From Bacteroidales bacterium (lineage in GTDB: Bacteria; Bacteroidota; Bacteroidia; Bacteroidales; WCHB1-69): a stretch of 55,485 bases of DNA. A model generated the notes under the pieces. It did not search any database, was not told the DNA's origin, and was given only the letters and a program-made list of their open reading frames with translations. Positions 50,201 to 53,200 of the stretch are shown here, in pieces. The stretch is from NCBI GenBank assembly GCA_031253655.1, contig JAIRVY010000066.1:1-55485 (forward strand), written 5' to 3'. Made by a program: the position numbers and the translations under genes. The first letter of the stretch is position 1. Each line of letters starts with the position of its first letter.

Positions 50201-53200
50201 CCGGCATATTATTTTGCTAAAGTAGCAGGTAATGAAGAGGTACATACATTTGTTTGGGAAAGAGTTTACGGATACGACTTCGGACTGAACGAAATATCAG
50301 GTGTTGATTCGATACCTGCATTTAAAGCTGAAAACTACGGATTCCAGTATGTGAGCGCATTGTATAAAGTTACCCCGATGAACGAGCATGGATGTATGGG
50401 AACACCGGCATACTTCCTGATAACAGTGAATCCGAGACCTATTACCAGCCCAATACCTCCAATGGTTTACTGCAACGGTACCACGGTCCCGAAATTTGAT
50501 TTCGCTGCTAATATGCCCGATGTATTCTTCGAATGGGAATTTGTGAGCGGTGATAACATCTTCGGTGTAACTGCCGGTCAGAACTACTTGCCGGGATTCC
50601 TTGCTGTAAACACTACCAATGTGCCATTGATAGGAACATACAAGGTGCTGGCAAGCTATTCATTCGACAACTTAACCTGTTCTGAATATGAATGGAACGA
50701 GTTCTCGATAGTAATACTACCTACTCCGGAAATCCCAACAGTATCTGAGCCGGTGGATCAAAACATTTGCTCAGGAACGGCCTTCCAAGATATTATCTTT
50801 AGTGGTAATGTGGAAGATGTATTGTACAAATGGGAAAGAATTGAAGGATTGATTTCAGCACTACCCGCAGTTGGCGAAGGAAATATTACAGGATTTGTGT
50901 TAAATAACCCCGACATCTTCCCGATGTATGCAGTTTACAAAGTGCATGCTGAGTTGAATTACGAGGATTATCCAGGATACGCCTGTACAGGACCCGCAAC
51001 ACAATTCAGTATTACTGTTCAACCCGATATTTCTGCTCAAGATGTTCCCAACTTTGTATATTGCAATGGCGAGACCACGCCGCCATACACATTTACGGGC
51101 ATCAATCCGCTGGCTACATACACTTGGGAATATGTTTCGGGTGCTCAGTTTGGACTACCGAACAGCGGCGTGAATATCTTCCCATCATTCAATGCAACCA
51201 ATGCTACGAATGCACCACTAACGGGCAGCTTCCGAGTGAGAGCAACCTACAACGGATGCTCCGGAAGCCAGTGGATGAACTTTACCGTAACGGTATTGCC
51301 AACGCCTACAGTTACAACTGCACCAAATCAGCAAACTGTTTGCCACGGCGGAAATTCGCAACAAGTTGTGTTTTCAGGCAATGTGGCAACTGCTACCTAC
51401 CAATGGACAAGAATTTCAGGTACCGACCCGCAATTCCCAATCAACGGAACCGGAAACTTTGCAAGTATCACAAATCTGCAAAATAACGGCTCATCACCAA
51501 TTGTTGTAGAGTATGAAGTTACACCGATGTTGAACTATCCTCAGTATCCTGCCTATACATGCCCCGGAACCCCCGTTCAGTTCTCCATCACTGTGATGCC
51601 GAAACCGCACATCAATACGATACCCAACTTTGTTTTTTGTAACGGTGAAAAGACGCCTGCATTCGAATTTGGAAATACTTCGGGAGTTACCTATTCTTGG
51701 TCTCTTACCAATGGTGTAAATGTTGGACTTGCCGCAAACGGCACGGGAAATCTCCCAAGCTTTACCGCGGTGAATACATCCAATAGCCAAGCATTGACTG
51801 CTATTTACGAAGTTACGGCATCCTTCAGCATCAACGGACAAACATGTACCAATTCGGTTACTTTCACGATTAAAGTGAACCCGACCCCGTCGGTGGCTTT
51901 GAATATAGGGCAGTATGAGTACTGTCACGGCGAAGAAACTCCTGCTATTGATTTAGTTGCAGCGTTTGCAAGTTTGAATAATATTTTAGGAACAACTTAC
52001 GAATGGATGTTTGTAACCGGTAGTAATGTAGGATTAACACAATTGTCGGGTACCGACATCATCCCGTCTTTCACAGCTACAAACAGTAGCGACCAGCAAA
52101 TTACTGCAACTTTCAAAGTGATTGCTAAGTTTGAGAGTTGTTCCGATGGTACGGAAAGATTCTTTATGATTGTAGTGAACCCGAAACCTGTTATTACGAG
52201 CGCAACCCACGCCGGTATGATATGTTCCGGAAGTATGTTCAACTACACTATTACATCTAAACCCGTAAGTGAATTATCTTGGACGAGAGTGCCGCATCCG
52301 GATATTAGCCCACAAGGTGGTATCTTGACACAAGGTGCATTTATCAGCGAAAGACTCTATAATACAAGTGAATCGGACGTGTTGGTTACTTACATAATCA
52401 GTGCTAAAACCGGAAATTGTGAATACGACAATATCGGTGCGATTACGCTGATTGTAGCGCCGGAATTGGCACTTACCATCGAGCCTGTTACTGTTGCTTG
52501 TAAAGCAGAGCAAACGATTGCCCTCGAATACGAAGTAAATGTACCCGGAACAGAATACATCCTAGTATTTACACCAGACGGAACAGCAAACGGATGGATA
52601 AGCGTAAACGACTTCATCTCGCTACCCGAATCGCCAATGCTGATTAACATTCCGACAGGAGCTAAACTAGGAAACTATCCCGCTACAATAACTATACGTT
52701 TTGGAGACTGTGTTAAAGTGTACAATATCGTGATAGCATTGAAAGATGTGCCGGTGGCTACCAACAAGTCGGAAGAAGAGATATCTCTTTGTGCCGGCGA
52801 ACCGTTGTATCTATTCGTAGAAACGATAGGTAATGATAATTATCAATGGTTTTTTGATGGAGAATTGATACCGGGTGCTACCGGAAACGTTTACCAAACT
52901 CTCTTCGAAGATGCAATGGCAGGTATTTATACTATTGAAATTTCAAACGAGTGTGGAATGATAACCTATTCATTCAAAGTACATTTGAATCCGCTTATCA
53001 TTAAGAGAAAGTGGGACGATGTATTGTATGTTGATAACTTCGGTGATAAGTATGTAAGATACCAGTGGTATAAGAACGGACAACCCATTGCGAAAGACGG
53101 AGATGCTCAGTATTATACCGAGTACGACAACAACGGTTGTTTCACTCCGCACGCTGAGTACAATGTAAAAGCATACAAGGCAGACGGTACTTTCGACGAA

